64,000 nucleotides of DNA from Bacillota bacterium (GTDB lineage Bacteria; Bacillota; Sulfobacillia; Sulfobacillales; JAIMBI01): NCBI GenBank assembly GCA_021797815.1, contig JAJZYZ010000010.1:347-64346 (forward strand). The letters run 5' to 3'. The translations under genes and the position numbers were made by a program. The notes under the pieces were generated by a model that had not been told where the DNA came from, ran no database searches, and saw only the letters and a list, made by a program, of their open reading frames with translations. Shown in pieces: positions 17,601 through 26,484 of the stretch (position 1 is the first letter of the stretch; every line of letters starts with the position of its first letter).

Positions 17601-19310
17601 ATGGCAGTGTTTCAGCGTGGCGAGGTACGGACCCCGTTCAGCTGGGCCGACATCGTCGTGGGAGCGGGCGCCCTGGCCGCCATCGCGGCTTTGGTGGCGT
17701 GGGCCACGCACGGCCACGGCTTCCGACCCGAAAGCGGGGCTATCAGCCTAAGTCTCGCCCGCCTGCCCCTCTACGCTCTGGCTTCCTGGCTCCGCATGGC
17801 GGCGGCCTACGTGCTGGCGCTGGGATTTGCTCTCGTCTACGCCTACCTGGCTGCGTTCAATGCACGCGCGGAGCGCTATCTGATTCCCATTCTGGACATC
17901 CTGCAGTCCATCCCCATCCTTTCATTCCTGCCGGCGGTGCTTCTGGGGTTCATCGCCCTTTTTCCTGGCAGCGCCCTCGGACCCAACCTGGCGTCGGTGG
18001 TCCTCATCTTCACGAGCCAGGTCTGGAACATGGTGTTTGCCCTCTACACGGGTTTTGTAACCATTCCGAAAGAGCTCAAAGAGCTGGCCCTTGCCACCCG
18101 CCTCACGCCCTGGCAGCGCTTTCGGACGCTGGAGCTCCCGTACGCCATGGGGGGGCTCGTGTGGAACTCGATGATGTCCTGGGCGGGCGGCTGGTTCTTC
18201 CTGATGGCCGCGGAGGAGTTCTCGCTGGGAAACCGGCAGTATCAACTCCACGGCATCGGGTCGTATCTGCAGACGGCGGCCAATCAGGGGCGCTGGAGCC
18301 GTGAGGTCATCGGGCTGGCCGCGCTCGTCGCCGTCATCGTGCTCATGGACCAGCTGGTGTTCCGGCCGGTTCTGGCCTGGGCCGACAAATTCAAGCTGGA
18401 GATGGTGGAGGGAGAGTCGCCCCGCTCGGCAGTTCTGAAGGTCGTGCGCCGCTCGGTGCTCATCGAGGAGTTTTCCGCCCGCGTGTGGGCGCCGCTCACC
18501 GAGTGGTCCGATCGCGCGTTCCGCGCCCGTCCCGGACGGCGGCCGCGGGCCGCGGTGCAGTCGAGCCTGTCTTTCCTGCGCACCCTCCTGTTGGCGGGCG
18601 CCGTCTACCTGATGGTGGTGTTTATCCGGAGCGGCATCCATCTCCTCAGCCACAGCCAGCACGCCATTCCGCTGGTGATGACGGCGACCGCCGCCACCCT
18701 GGGCCGCGTACTGCTGTCGATCTTTATCTCGCTCTTGTGGACCGTCCCGGTCGGGGTCGCCATTGGCCTTAACCGCAAGCTCTCGGCGGCGCTCACGCCC
18801 ATTATCCAGATCTTTGCCTCCGTGCCGGCGACCGCCCTCTTTCCGAGCGTGGTTGCGATCCTGTTTCACCTCCACGGCGGCCTTAATTTCGCCGCCATCC
18901 TGCTGATGATGCTGGGCACCCAATGGTACATCCTGTTCAACGTGATTGCGGGCGCATCGGCCATTCCCGAGGATCTCAAGGAATCGGCGCGCCTCTTCCG
19001 GCTGTCCGGCGCGATGGCGTGGCGCACCCTCATCCTGCCGGCTATCTTTCCGTATCTGATAACGGGCATCATCACGGCCAGCGGCGGAGCCTGGAATGCG
19101 AGCATCGTGGCCGAGTACGTCTCGTTCCAGGGTCACACCCATCACGTGTTCGGCGTCGGCTGGCTCATTGCCCAGAGTGCCCTGAGCGGGCAGTTCTCGC
19201 TGCTCCTCTTGTCTACCGTGAGCCTGGCAGCCACGGTGGTTCTGGTGAACCGGCTCGTCTGGCGGCCTCTTTACCGGCAGGCCTCCGAACGCTATGCGCT
19301 GGACGCGTGA
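17601..19310 (+). CDS. ABC transporter permease, NitT/TauT family, duplicated (fused two-domain) permease
   Basis: 569 aa with two BPD-transport-like halves. Each half carries the EAA-type loop: ELKELALATRLTPWQRFRTLELP and EDLKESARLFRLSGAMAWRTLILP. ATG follows GGGGAGGGGGG. Confidence 0.85.
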   Translation: MAVFQRGEVRTPFSWADIVVGAGALAAIAALVAWATHGHGFRPESGAISLSLARLPLYALASWLRMAAAYVLALGFALVYAYLAAFNARAERYLIPILDILQSIPILSFLPAVLLGFIALFPGSALGPNLASVVLIFTSQVWNMVFALYTGFVTIPKELKELALATRLTPWQRFRTLELPYAMGGLVWNSMMSWAGGWFFLMAAEEFSLGNRQYQLHGIGSYLQTAANQGRWSREVIGLAALVAVIVLMDQLVFRPVLAWADKFKLEMVEGESPRSAVLKVVRRSVLIEEFSARVWAPLTEWSDRAFRARPGRRPRAAVQSSLSFLRTLLLAGAVYLMVVFIRSGIHLLSHSQHAIPLVMTATAATLGRVLLSIFISLLWTVPVGVAIGLNRKLSAALTPIIQIFASVPATALFPSVVAILFHLHGGLNFAAILLMMLGTQWYILFNVIAGASAIPEDLKESARLFRLSGAMAWRTLILPAIFPYLITGIITASGGAWNASIVAEYVSFQGHTHHVFGVGWLIAQSALSGQFSLLLLSTVSLAATVVLVNRLVWRPLYRQASERYALDA

Positions 19311-19407
19311 GGCCGGTTGTGGCGGGCCCGGACGGAGAGTAGCCTCAATCGTGGGTAGATGCGCGAGACGTTATGGTCACGGGAGTCACTGAAGGGAGGA
19401 AGCAGCG

Positions 19408-20754
19408 ATGGCCATCAGTCAGAAGCCCCGCACGAACGCGCTCGTGCGGCTCTTGGGCGTCTCCAAGTCGTACACCCAGCCCGATGGGTATGACATCCCG
19501 GTGCTGGACGACATCACCCTTGACATTGAGCCCGGACAATTCGTCGCCATCCTCGGCCCGTCCGGGTCGGGCAAGTCGACCCTGCTCCGCATCATCACGG
19601 GCCTCGTGAGTCCGTCCTACGGTACCGTGCTCTACCGGGGCCGGCCGCTTGATGGCCCGAACCCCCACGCCGCCATGGTGTTCCAGTCGTTCGCCCTGTA
19701 TCCCTGGCTCACGGTCCAGCAAAACGTGGAGATGGGACTCATGGCCAAGGGCATGGCGATGAAGGAGCGGCACGAGCGGGCGCGCCGCCTTATTGACCTA
19801 ATCGGCCTCAATGGCTACGAGGACGGCTTCCCGAAGGAGCTTTCCGGGGGCATGCGTCAGCGGGTCGGCTTCGCGCGCGCCCTGGCCGTTGACCCCGAGC
19901 TGCTGTTGATGGATGAGCCGTTCTCGGCGCTCGACTTTCTGACAGCCGAGAACCTCCGGTCGGAACTCCTCGACTGGTGGCTTGACCATCAGCTGCCGAC
20001 CGAGGCCATCCTCATGGTGACGCACGGCATTGAAGAGGCCGTCTTTATGGCGGACCGCATCATCATCCTGTCCAAGAACCCCGCCCGGGTGGTGGCCGAC
20101 CTGTCTGTCACGCTGCCCCACCCGCGCAACCGGAAGGCATCCGAATTCATCGGGCTCGTTGACCAGGTCTACAAGATCGTGACCGGCTGGGACGAGACGC
20201 CGGTCGCCGAGGAGCCTCCGGTCGAGACGCCGAAGCCCGGCGAGGCCGCGCGGCTTAAGCCCATTCCGACCGGACATCTCTCGATGCTGACCGGGCTTTT
20301 GGAGCTGGTCGCCGATCGCGGGGGTCGCGACGATCTTTATCATCTGGGCGCGGAGCTATTGCTGGAAGTGGACGATCTCCTGCCCGTGACCGATACCGCC
20401 GAGCTTTTCCACCTGGCGAAGGTCGAGGAGGGAGACATCATCCTCACGCCCGACGGGATCAAATTCTGTGAGGCGGATGCGGCGCTCAAGAAAGCCATGA
20501 TTCGCGACGACCTGGTCCAGATACCGATCTTCCGCCTCATCGAGCGGGTGCTGCGGTCGAAGGCCAACGGCACCATGGGGCGCGAATTTTTCATCGACAT
20601 CTTAGAAGAGCACTTTTCGGCCGAGGAGGCGGAGGTCCAGCTCGCCACCGCCATCTACTGGGGCCGCTACGCGGACCTCTTTCACTACGACACGGAAGCC
20701 GAGACCCTCTACCTGCCTGAGGACGAGGAGGACGCGGCCAGCGAGACGCGTTAG
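19408..20754 (+). CDS. ABC transporter ATP-binding protein with C-terminal AAA-associated domain
   Basis: Walker A GPSGSGKST, signature LSGGMRQR, Walker B LLLMDEPFSALD. A further extension of about 190 aa resembles the AAA-associated C-terminal domain seen on nitrate/sulfonate-type ATPases. Confidence 0.9.
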   Translation: MAISQKPRTNALVRLLGVSKSYTQPDGYDIPVLDDITLDIEPGQFVAILGPSGSGKSTLLRIITGLVSPSYGTVLYRGRPLDGPNPHAAMVFQSFALYPWLTVQQNVEMGLMAKGMAMKERHERARRLIDLIGLNGYEDGFPKELSGGMRQRVGFARALAVDPELLLMDEPFSALDFLTAENLRSELLDWWLDHQLPTEAILMVTHGIEEAVFMADRIIILSKNPARVVADLSVTLPHPRNRKASEFIGLVDQVYKIVTGWDETPVAEEPPVETPKPGEAARLKPIPTGHLSMLTGLLELVADRGGRDDLYHLGAELLLEVDDLLPVTDTAELFHLAKVEEGDIILTPDGIKFCEADAALKKAMIRDDLVQIPIFRLIERVLRSKANGTMGREFFIDILEEHFSAEEAEVQLATAIYWGRYADLFHYDTEAETLYLPEDEEDAASETR

Positions 20755-21182
20755 CCGCCGGTCCGGCCAACGGCCGCCAACGGTGGCCGGCCGCAATGTT
20801 TCGGCGGGTGCTGAGAGGAACCGATGGCGCGGACGCATGCGGCGCGACTGAAGCCGGGTGAGGGGTTTGTGGCCAGGGAGAGAAGCGTGAGCCTGACCGC
20901 TTCCTGGCTGAAGCCGGCTCGAGGATGGCGGCGGCGGCAGGATGGTCCGCCGTCGACCCGCGGCAGCGGGATGCCCCGTGCCATAAGACCGCGCCACACG
21001 TCAGGGCCGCCCGGCGCCACGTAAGCGCCGCCAGGGACAGTTGAGGCCGCCACTTAATCTCTGGGTGTTTCGGGACGATGAGCGGGTCGGACTTCCGAGA
21101 GGCTCCGGCCACCGGCGACGGCTTTCACCTGGGGCCGGAAACGGCGGTTGGGGGCCGAGAGCCGCACCGAAACGCCTGGGGC

Positions 21183-21464
21183 TCAGGAACCCGGCTTCTT
21201 CGGACGGCGGGTGGCGAGCCACGAGAGCACGATGCCCATCAAGAGGCCGTCGAGACCCGGCTCCAATGGCGAGCCGGGCGGACCGATCCACAGACTGGTA
21301 ACCGTCTCGGCCACCAGCGCGCCGGCCGCCACTCCTGACAGGAGCCACGCCCAGCGCACGGCCCGGGACCGTCGGGCCGCCACCACCAGCGCGCCCAGAA
21401 CCGCCGACGCCATGGCAATCACGACCGCCAGCGCCATCTTCACCAACTGCGGTACATCCAGCAA
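21183..21464 (-). CDS. small hypothetical membrane protein
   Basis: 93 aa (TTG start) or 84 aa (ATG at 21437). Three hydrophobic segments and a strongly G/C-ending codon bias. Directly downstream of the yhaN-like gene. SD is weak. Confidence 0.45.
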   Translation of the reverse strand: MLDVPQLVKMALAVVIAMASAVLGALVVAARRSRAVRWAWLLSGVAAGALVAETVTSLWIGPPGSPLEPGLDGLLMGIVLSWLATRRPKKPGS

Positions 21465-21576
21465 TCTTCGTTGAGACAGGACCGCCGATACGTGGGTACC
21501 TCTCCTCGCGTGCGTGGCCGACGCGGTGCCGCGCTAGCCAATGTCCCTGACAGTATGGCCGCTGGCGCTTTTGAGG

Positions 21577-24399
21577 TCAACGCGCCCCGGCCAGGGACGC
21601 GAGCGGCACCGCCTTCCTGCTCTTCGCGCGCTTGAGGCTCCGTTCAATCTCCGGGTGGCAGGTAAGGTACAGCACCTGCCGGTTCTGGGCAAACCGCACG
21701 AGCGTGCGGGCCATAACCTGCTCACGCTCGGGGTCTGCATTCACCAAGATGTCATCCAGCACCAGCGGCATCCGTTCCGCATGCTGCTCGCGGTCCTCGA
21801 TCCAGGCAAGACGGAGGGCGAGATAGAGCTGCTCCTGGGTCCCGCGCGAGAGCTCCTCCACCGGGTAACGGCGGCCATCGCTCAACTCCACCGCCAAATC
21901 GTGGACCGAATCGGCCTGGGCCAGCACGTGCAGATAGCGCCCGGCCGTGAAGGAGGCAAAAAGGCTCGAGGCCCGTCTCAGCACCTCGGGCTGCCGCTCC
22001 CGCTGGAAGTGCTCACGGCTTTCCTGCAGCACCTGTGCGGCCAGCGTATAGGCCGCCCACCGCTGGTAGAGACGCCGCGCCTCACCGCGGCGTGCCTCCG
22101 CTTGCAGCCGCAGGTCCGACAGCTCACCCGAGGTTTCCAGGAGGGACAGACGTTGACGGAGAACGGCCGCCTGCTGCTGGCGCTCCTGACGGGCGGCGCG
22201 GATTTCGTCAAATCGCACGCGCTGCGCCTCGAGGGCCCCCTCCAGGCCGACATCCTGATAGGGCAGAAAGGCCTCGACACCCTGGCCGTGCGAGGCCGCC
22301 GACAGCTCGGCCTGAAGCCCCATCGCCTCGCGGGCCAGGGCTTCGTACTGAAGAGCCTCTGACACCCGCGCGGCCGCGGCCCCCGCGTCCGGGACGTCCA
22401 GATCCTGCAGGCACTCCGCCAGGAGCCGGGCGTCCCGCAAAGCGTCCGTGCGGGCCCCCTCCGCGTCCGCCTCCTGGCCGCGCAGGGTCTCCTCCCGCGT
22501 CGGGATGTCGAGCCACTCCTGCCGCAGCCGCCACCAGGTGTCGGGGCTGTGCGTGTCCTGCACCTCAAGGTGCAGGAGCACGGCTGCAGCGGCGGCGCGG
22601 TCCAAGAACCGGGCCCGCGTCCGTTCAACATCCGCCATCTGCTCGCGCGCCCGGCGATACTGGCTCACCGTGTGCAGCGCGTCGTCGACCCGTGAAAGCC
22701 AATGCTGGAGCTCCGGGCCCTCAAGATCCGGGAGCTCCGCGCCCGCCCGTCCCTCCACGTAGGCACGCTCGGCGGTCCCCTGTTGCCGCCGCGCCTCCAG
22801 GAGGACGGCCCGGGCCCCATCGACGGCGCGGCGGGCACGCGCGAGTCTCTCCTCCGCCTGCTCGCGGTCCGTCACCCGCGCACCAAGCTCATCCCAATAA
22901 AGGCGCTCGGCCGGGAGCCGGTCCCACGAGGACACACCGGCCGCCGAAAGGGCGTCATGCGATCGCGCGCTCCGCCGCATGAGCGAAAGAACGAGGCCGG
23001 CAAGGGCCGCCGCCGCCGCTCCCGCGTCGACGACAGCGCCCAGAAAGGACCGTGCCAGCCCCGCTCCCACGAGCGCTAGGAGAACCGCCGCCGCCCACAA
23101 GAACCACGGCCCATCGACGGCCGGCCGGGGCCGCGCGAAAAGCGCTTCCAGGCGGGCCCGGCGCGCGGACCATTCCTCCCGGCGCGGGATCTCGCGGAGA
23201 CCGTCGAGGAGTGCGTCCGTCTCCGCCACCTCGCGCTCGGCCTCGGAAAGCGCCCGCTCCGCTTCGGCCGTGTTCCGCCGCGCATCCGCGCGGGCCTGGT
23301 GGAGAGCGTCCATCTGCGGTTCGATGACGCGAACCGCCATGCCGGCGGCCAGCCGTTCCGGGGTGATGCCGAGCCGTTCCGACTCGGCGGTCATCTGCGT
23401 CCACAGTTCTTCGGCCGCGCCCCGGTGCCGGTCAATGTCCCGTTTCCAGTCGGGAATCTCCCGTGCCTCTTCCATGATCGCCACCCACTCGGGGCGCCGG
23501 AATGCATGAAGCCGCTCGGGCGCGGGGAGCGCAAGACGCGCCTGCAGCACCCGCTCCTCCTGCGCGGCCGCGCGGGTGCGGGATGCCTCCAGCTGGTCGC
23601 GCAGGCGCTGGAAGCGGGCGATAAGCTCGGGGCCGATGTCGCGGGCGTGCGACAGTGCGGCCTGCTCCCGCATGACGCTCCGCAGGCGCTCGAACCGCTC
23701 CCAGATCCGGTCCATGTCGGCCAGGCGCTTCCGGTCGGCGGCCGCCTGCCGCTCCTCGTCGGACGCGGCAGACGCCTGCTCCTCAACCGCCGCAAGCTCG
23801 GCCTGAAGGGCGTCATAACGCGACAGCTCCGCTTCCCCGCGGGCAATCTCGTCCTCGAGCCGCCTTATGTCCGCGAGAGCCACGTTCAGGGGCGGCTTCA
23901 CACCGCGCGGCGCATAAAGCTCCCGTGCCCGCAGCTGGAGCGTGCTCTCCACTTTGACCACGTCCACATGGACCCCGAGCCCGGCCGAGATGAGGCGGGC
24001 TCCGACCGTTTTCGCATCCAGGGATTCGCCTCTCTCCAGCTCTCCCAGGCCGAACGCGTACACGTTCTCAAAAACTTTGTAATCGGCCGCGAGCTTTCGC
24101 TCCCACTCGTCCTCCGCCACTGCCCGCCCCTGCGCATCAAAGACCCGGTGCCGCTGCCCGCGCCGTTCGGCGTGGATCACGGTGCCATCGTCCATCTCTA
24201 CCTCAAGTCGTCCACCTTCCGCCTCGCGTACATTGTTGCGGCGGTCTTTATAGAGCAACGCCCGCAGGAGATTCAGCAGGGAGGACTTGCCCGCCTCGTT
24301 CGGACCCACCAGGGGAATAAGCCCGGTCGCGTCAAGCGACATCTGAAAGCCGTCCGGCAGCGGACCATAGCCCAGCGAGCGGACGGTCTTAATTCGCAT
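21577..24399 (-). CDS. yhaN: SbcC/Rad50-like AAA ATPase (YhaN family)
   Basis: Start set to the ATG at 24399 (MRIKTVRSLGYGPL), overlapping the yhaO stop by 11 nt. Walker A GPNEAGKSS, very long Ala/Glu/Arg coiled-coil, signature SRGTQEQLYLALRLA, and C-terminal Walker B PLVLDDILVNAD. Confidence 0.8.
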   Translation of the reverse strand: MRIKTVRSLGYGPLPDGFQMSLDATGLIPLVGPNEAGKSSLLNLLRALLYKDRRNNVREAEGGRLEVEMDDGTVIHAERRGQRHRVFDAQGRAVAEDEWERKLAADYKVFENVYAFGLGELERGESLDAKTVGARLISAGLGVHVDVVKVESTLQLRARELYAPRGVKPPLNVALADIRRLEDEIARGEAELSRYDALQAELAAVEEQASAASDEERQAAADRKRLADMDRIWERFERLRSVMREQAALSHARDIGPELIARFQRLRDQLEASRTRAAAQEERVLQARLALPAPERLHAFRRPEWVAIMEEAREIPDWKRDIDRHRGAAEELWTQMTAESERLGITPERLAAGMAVRVIEPQMDALHQARADARRNTAEAERALSEAEREVAETDALLDGLREIPRREEWSARRARLEALFARPRPAVDGPWFLWAAAVLLALVGAGLARSFLGAVVDAGAAAAALAGLVLSLMRRSARSHDALSAAGVSSWDRLPAERLYWDELGARVTDREQAEERLARARRAVDGARAVLLEARRQQGTAERAYVEGRAGAELPDLEGPELQHWLSRVDDALHTVSQYRRAREQMADVERTRARFLDRAAAAAVLLHLEVQDTHSPDTWWRLRQEWLDIPTREETLRGQEADAEGARTDALRDARLLAECLQDLDVPDAGAAAARVSEALQYEALAREAMGLQAELSAASHGQGVEAFLPYQDVGLEGALEAQRVRFDEIRAARQERQQQAAVLRQRLSLLETSGELSDLRLQAEARRGEARRLYQRWAAYTLAAQVLQESREHFQRERQPEVLRRASSLFASFTAGRYLHVLAQADSVHDLAVELSDGRRYPVEELSRGTQEQLYLALRLAWIEDREQHAERMPLVLDDILVNADPEREQVMARTLVRFAQNRQVLYLTCHPEIERSLKRAKSRKAVPLASLAGAR

Positions 24400-25585
24400 C
24401 GGGTTCGACCTCATCGAGTGCGTCGGCCAGAAGCCGGAGCGCCTCGCTGCGGGCGGCCTCCCGGTCAAGCGGCAGCCGGACCTGGGCAGGGTTCCAGTTG
24501 TCATAGGCCGGCCCCCGGATCCGAGATATCACCTCGGCCCAAAGCCCTTCCGGCTGAGTCCCCTGGCGCGGACGGCGGGTCCTGTTCTCGATCGACTCGA
24601 CGAAGCAGAAGGGGCCGTCCCGTTCCGGATCGCTGGAGAGCCGTTCGGCAAGGTCTCCCAGGGCGTCGGCATCGAAAGGCAGATTGGCGCGGCCTGAAAG
24701 CTGGATGCGCACGACCACCCCGCTCTCGTGCGGGGCGGGTCGGAGCGGTTCGAGGGCGGCAAGCGCCTTCTCCTCCACCTGGTCCCAGCCCGAAAAGCCG
24801 TCGCAGTCGACGTTCAAAAGCTCCCAGCGCACCGGACCCAGAGGTGCAAACGTGAGGCGCGTCCGGCCGGCCGCGTCCACCTCCACCACGTAGGCCCCCT
24901 TGTGGCCCGTCTCGCGCACGTGGCGTCCCTGCAGGTTTCCGGCGTAGACCACGGGCGGGTCGTCCGACAGCGTCCCGCGATGGTGGATGTGCCCGAGGGC
25001 CCAATAGTTGAAGCCGGCGGCGCGAAGATCACCGAGACTCGCCGGCGCGTAGTTGTCATGACCGGGCTGGCCGCCGACGTTCGCGTGCAGAACTGCCACC
25101 GCGAAGGGCGCGTCGTCTTCCCGCAGGAACTGACGAGCGTAGGGCTCGGTGACCGCCGCGGTCGGGTAGGAGATGCCATACACGGCACACAGAATATCCT
25201 CGGCCCGCTCCACCCGCTGCCAGCTCACACGGCCGGCCGGAAAGCGCACGACGTTGTCGGGCCAGTGCACATGGGTCGAGAGGCTCCCGAAGGGATCGTG
25301 ATTGCCGTGCGCCCAGAAAACCGGCACCGACGCCTGTTCCAGCCGGCGCATGCCGTCTAGGAGCCGGAACTGGGCACGGAGCGAGGGCGTCTCATGATCG
25401 AAGACATCACCGGCCATGGCCAGAAAGGCGGCGTTGGTCTTCAGGGTCAAGTCAATGAGGCGGTCGAACGCCTCCAGGCTCGCGTCCCGGAGCCGCCCCT
25501 GCACCCGCGGCTCCAGGCGCCCGAGTCCCAGCATGGGGCTGTCCAGATGCAAATCGGCGGCATGAATGAATGTGAAGGGCTTCAT
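24389..25585 (-). CDS. yhaO: SbcD/Mre11-like metallophosphoesterase (YhaO family DNA repair exonuclease)
   Basis: Calcineurin-like motifs FIHAADLHLD, GDVFD, GNHD and GHIH. Start set to the ATG at 25585 (MKPFTF). Confidence 0.85.
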   Translation of the reverse strand: MKPFTFIHAADLHLDSPMLGLGRLEPRVQGRLRDASLEAFDRLIDLTLKTNAAFLAMAGDVFDHETPSLRAQFRLLDGMRRLEQASVPVFWAHGNHDPFGSLSTHVHWPDNVVRFPAGRVSWQRVERAEDILCAVYGISYPTAAVTEPYARQFLREDDAPFAVAVLHANVGGQPGHDNYAPASLGDLRAAGFNYWALGHIHHRGTLSDDPPVVYAGNLQGRHVRETGHKGAYVVEVDAAGRTRLTFAPLGPVRWELLNVDCDGFSGWDQVEEKALAALEPLRPAPHESGVVVRIQLSGRANLPFDADALGDLAERLSSDPERDGPFCFVESIENRTRRPRQGTQPEGLWAEVISRIRGPAYDNWNPAQVRLPLDREAARSEALRLLADALDEVEPDAN

Positions 25586-25622
25586 ACGGATTGCTTCGCC
25601 ATGCCCCGTTTGCGGATCCTCC

Positions 25623-26327
25623 TCAATATTCCAACCCGAAGCCGTGGTCAACGGCCAGAACCTGGCCGGTGATGCCGCTGGCCTCGGGGCCCAGCAGGAA
25701 GAGGGCCGCCGCGGCCACCTCCTCGGCGGTGGGGAGACTGTGGTCCGCGGTCCGGGCCGCGTACGCCGACGCGTCCCCGAAAATACCCATCCCGCCGGCC
25801 ATGGGACCGGGACGGACGGCATTCACCCGGATCCCCTCGGCGCCCCACTCCACCGCCAGGTGGCGCGCCAGCGCTTCCAGCCCGGCTTTGGCCGCGCCGT
25901 ACACGGCTGATGGGCCAGCCCGCGGCGCCCGTCCCACGTCCACGCTTGACACCAGCACGAAGGAGGCCGGCCGCGCCACCCTCCCGGCGAGACCGGCCAT
26001 CAGGGTAAATCCGGCCTCAAGATTCACGGCCAGCATGCGCCGCCGCTCGTCGACGGTCGTGTGGCGCGCGTCATCGGCAAACACGACACCGGCCGCGTGC
26101 AAGAAGGCGCGCGGGCGGATGCCGGTCTCTTCCAGCACCTCCGACAAAGCCGCGGCCGCCGCCTCCGGTGCCGTGAGGTCGACGGTCAGCACCCGATCCA
26201 TGCCCGGGAGATCCGGGTACCGGGAGAGGCCCAGCACCTTTCCCCCGCGCGCTTTCCACCCCTCCGCCACGGCGCGGCCGATGGCGGAGCGGGCCCCGGT
26301 CACGACCAGCCACCGCCCGCCGGTCAC
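25623..26327 (-). CDS. short-chain dehydrogenase/reductase (SDR)
   Basis: TGARSAIG Rossmann motif, catalytic YGAAKAG, and PGPM. Start set to the GTG at 26327, 9 nt after GGGGAGG. The longer ORF-track N-terminus is Arg/Ser junk. Confidence 0.8.
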   Translation of the reverse strand: MTGGRWLVVTGARSAIGRAVAEGWKARGGKVLGLSRYPDLPGMDRVLTVDLTAPEAAAAALSEVLEETGIRPRAFLHAAGVVFADDARHTTVDERRRMLAVNLEAGFTLMAGLAGRVARPASFVLVSSVDVGRAPRAGPSAVYGAAKAGLEALARHLAVEWGAEGIRVNAVRPGPMAGGMGIFGDASAYAARTADHSLPTAEEVAAAALFLLGPEASGITGQVLAVDHGFGLEY

Positions 26328-26484
26328 TTGACCCCGCCTCCCCAGGTTCCTACCATGAGCCAAGGACCCCGCCGGTCCCGCCCGCAAGGTGCCGTGTCCA
26401 TCCGTGAGCCGGGAGACCCGGGCCGTGGGCAGGCCGGCGGATGCGGATCGACAATGCCGTCGGGTCCGGAGGGAGTGCGAGTAC

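Noticed and set aside
17922-19145. 407-aa minus-strand ORF
   Set aside because: It is antisense to the ABC permease. It is extremely Arg/Gly/His/Glu-rich and hydrophilic, mirroring a membrane protein's codons.
20806-20816. GGGTGCTGAGA, resembling the 5' part of a TPP riboswitch
   Set aside because: The indispensable downstream ACCTGATCTGGATAATGCCAGCG-type pyrimidine-sensor helix is absent. The site lies in a convergent 3' intergenic region with no gene to regulate.
23299-24855. 518-aa plus-strand ORF (with 22035-22982 and 21541-22362 alongside)
   Set aside because: These ORFs are antisense to the yhaN/yhaO genes. They are Pro/Arg/Gly-rich with no motifs.
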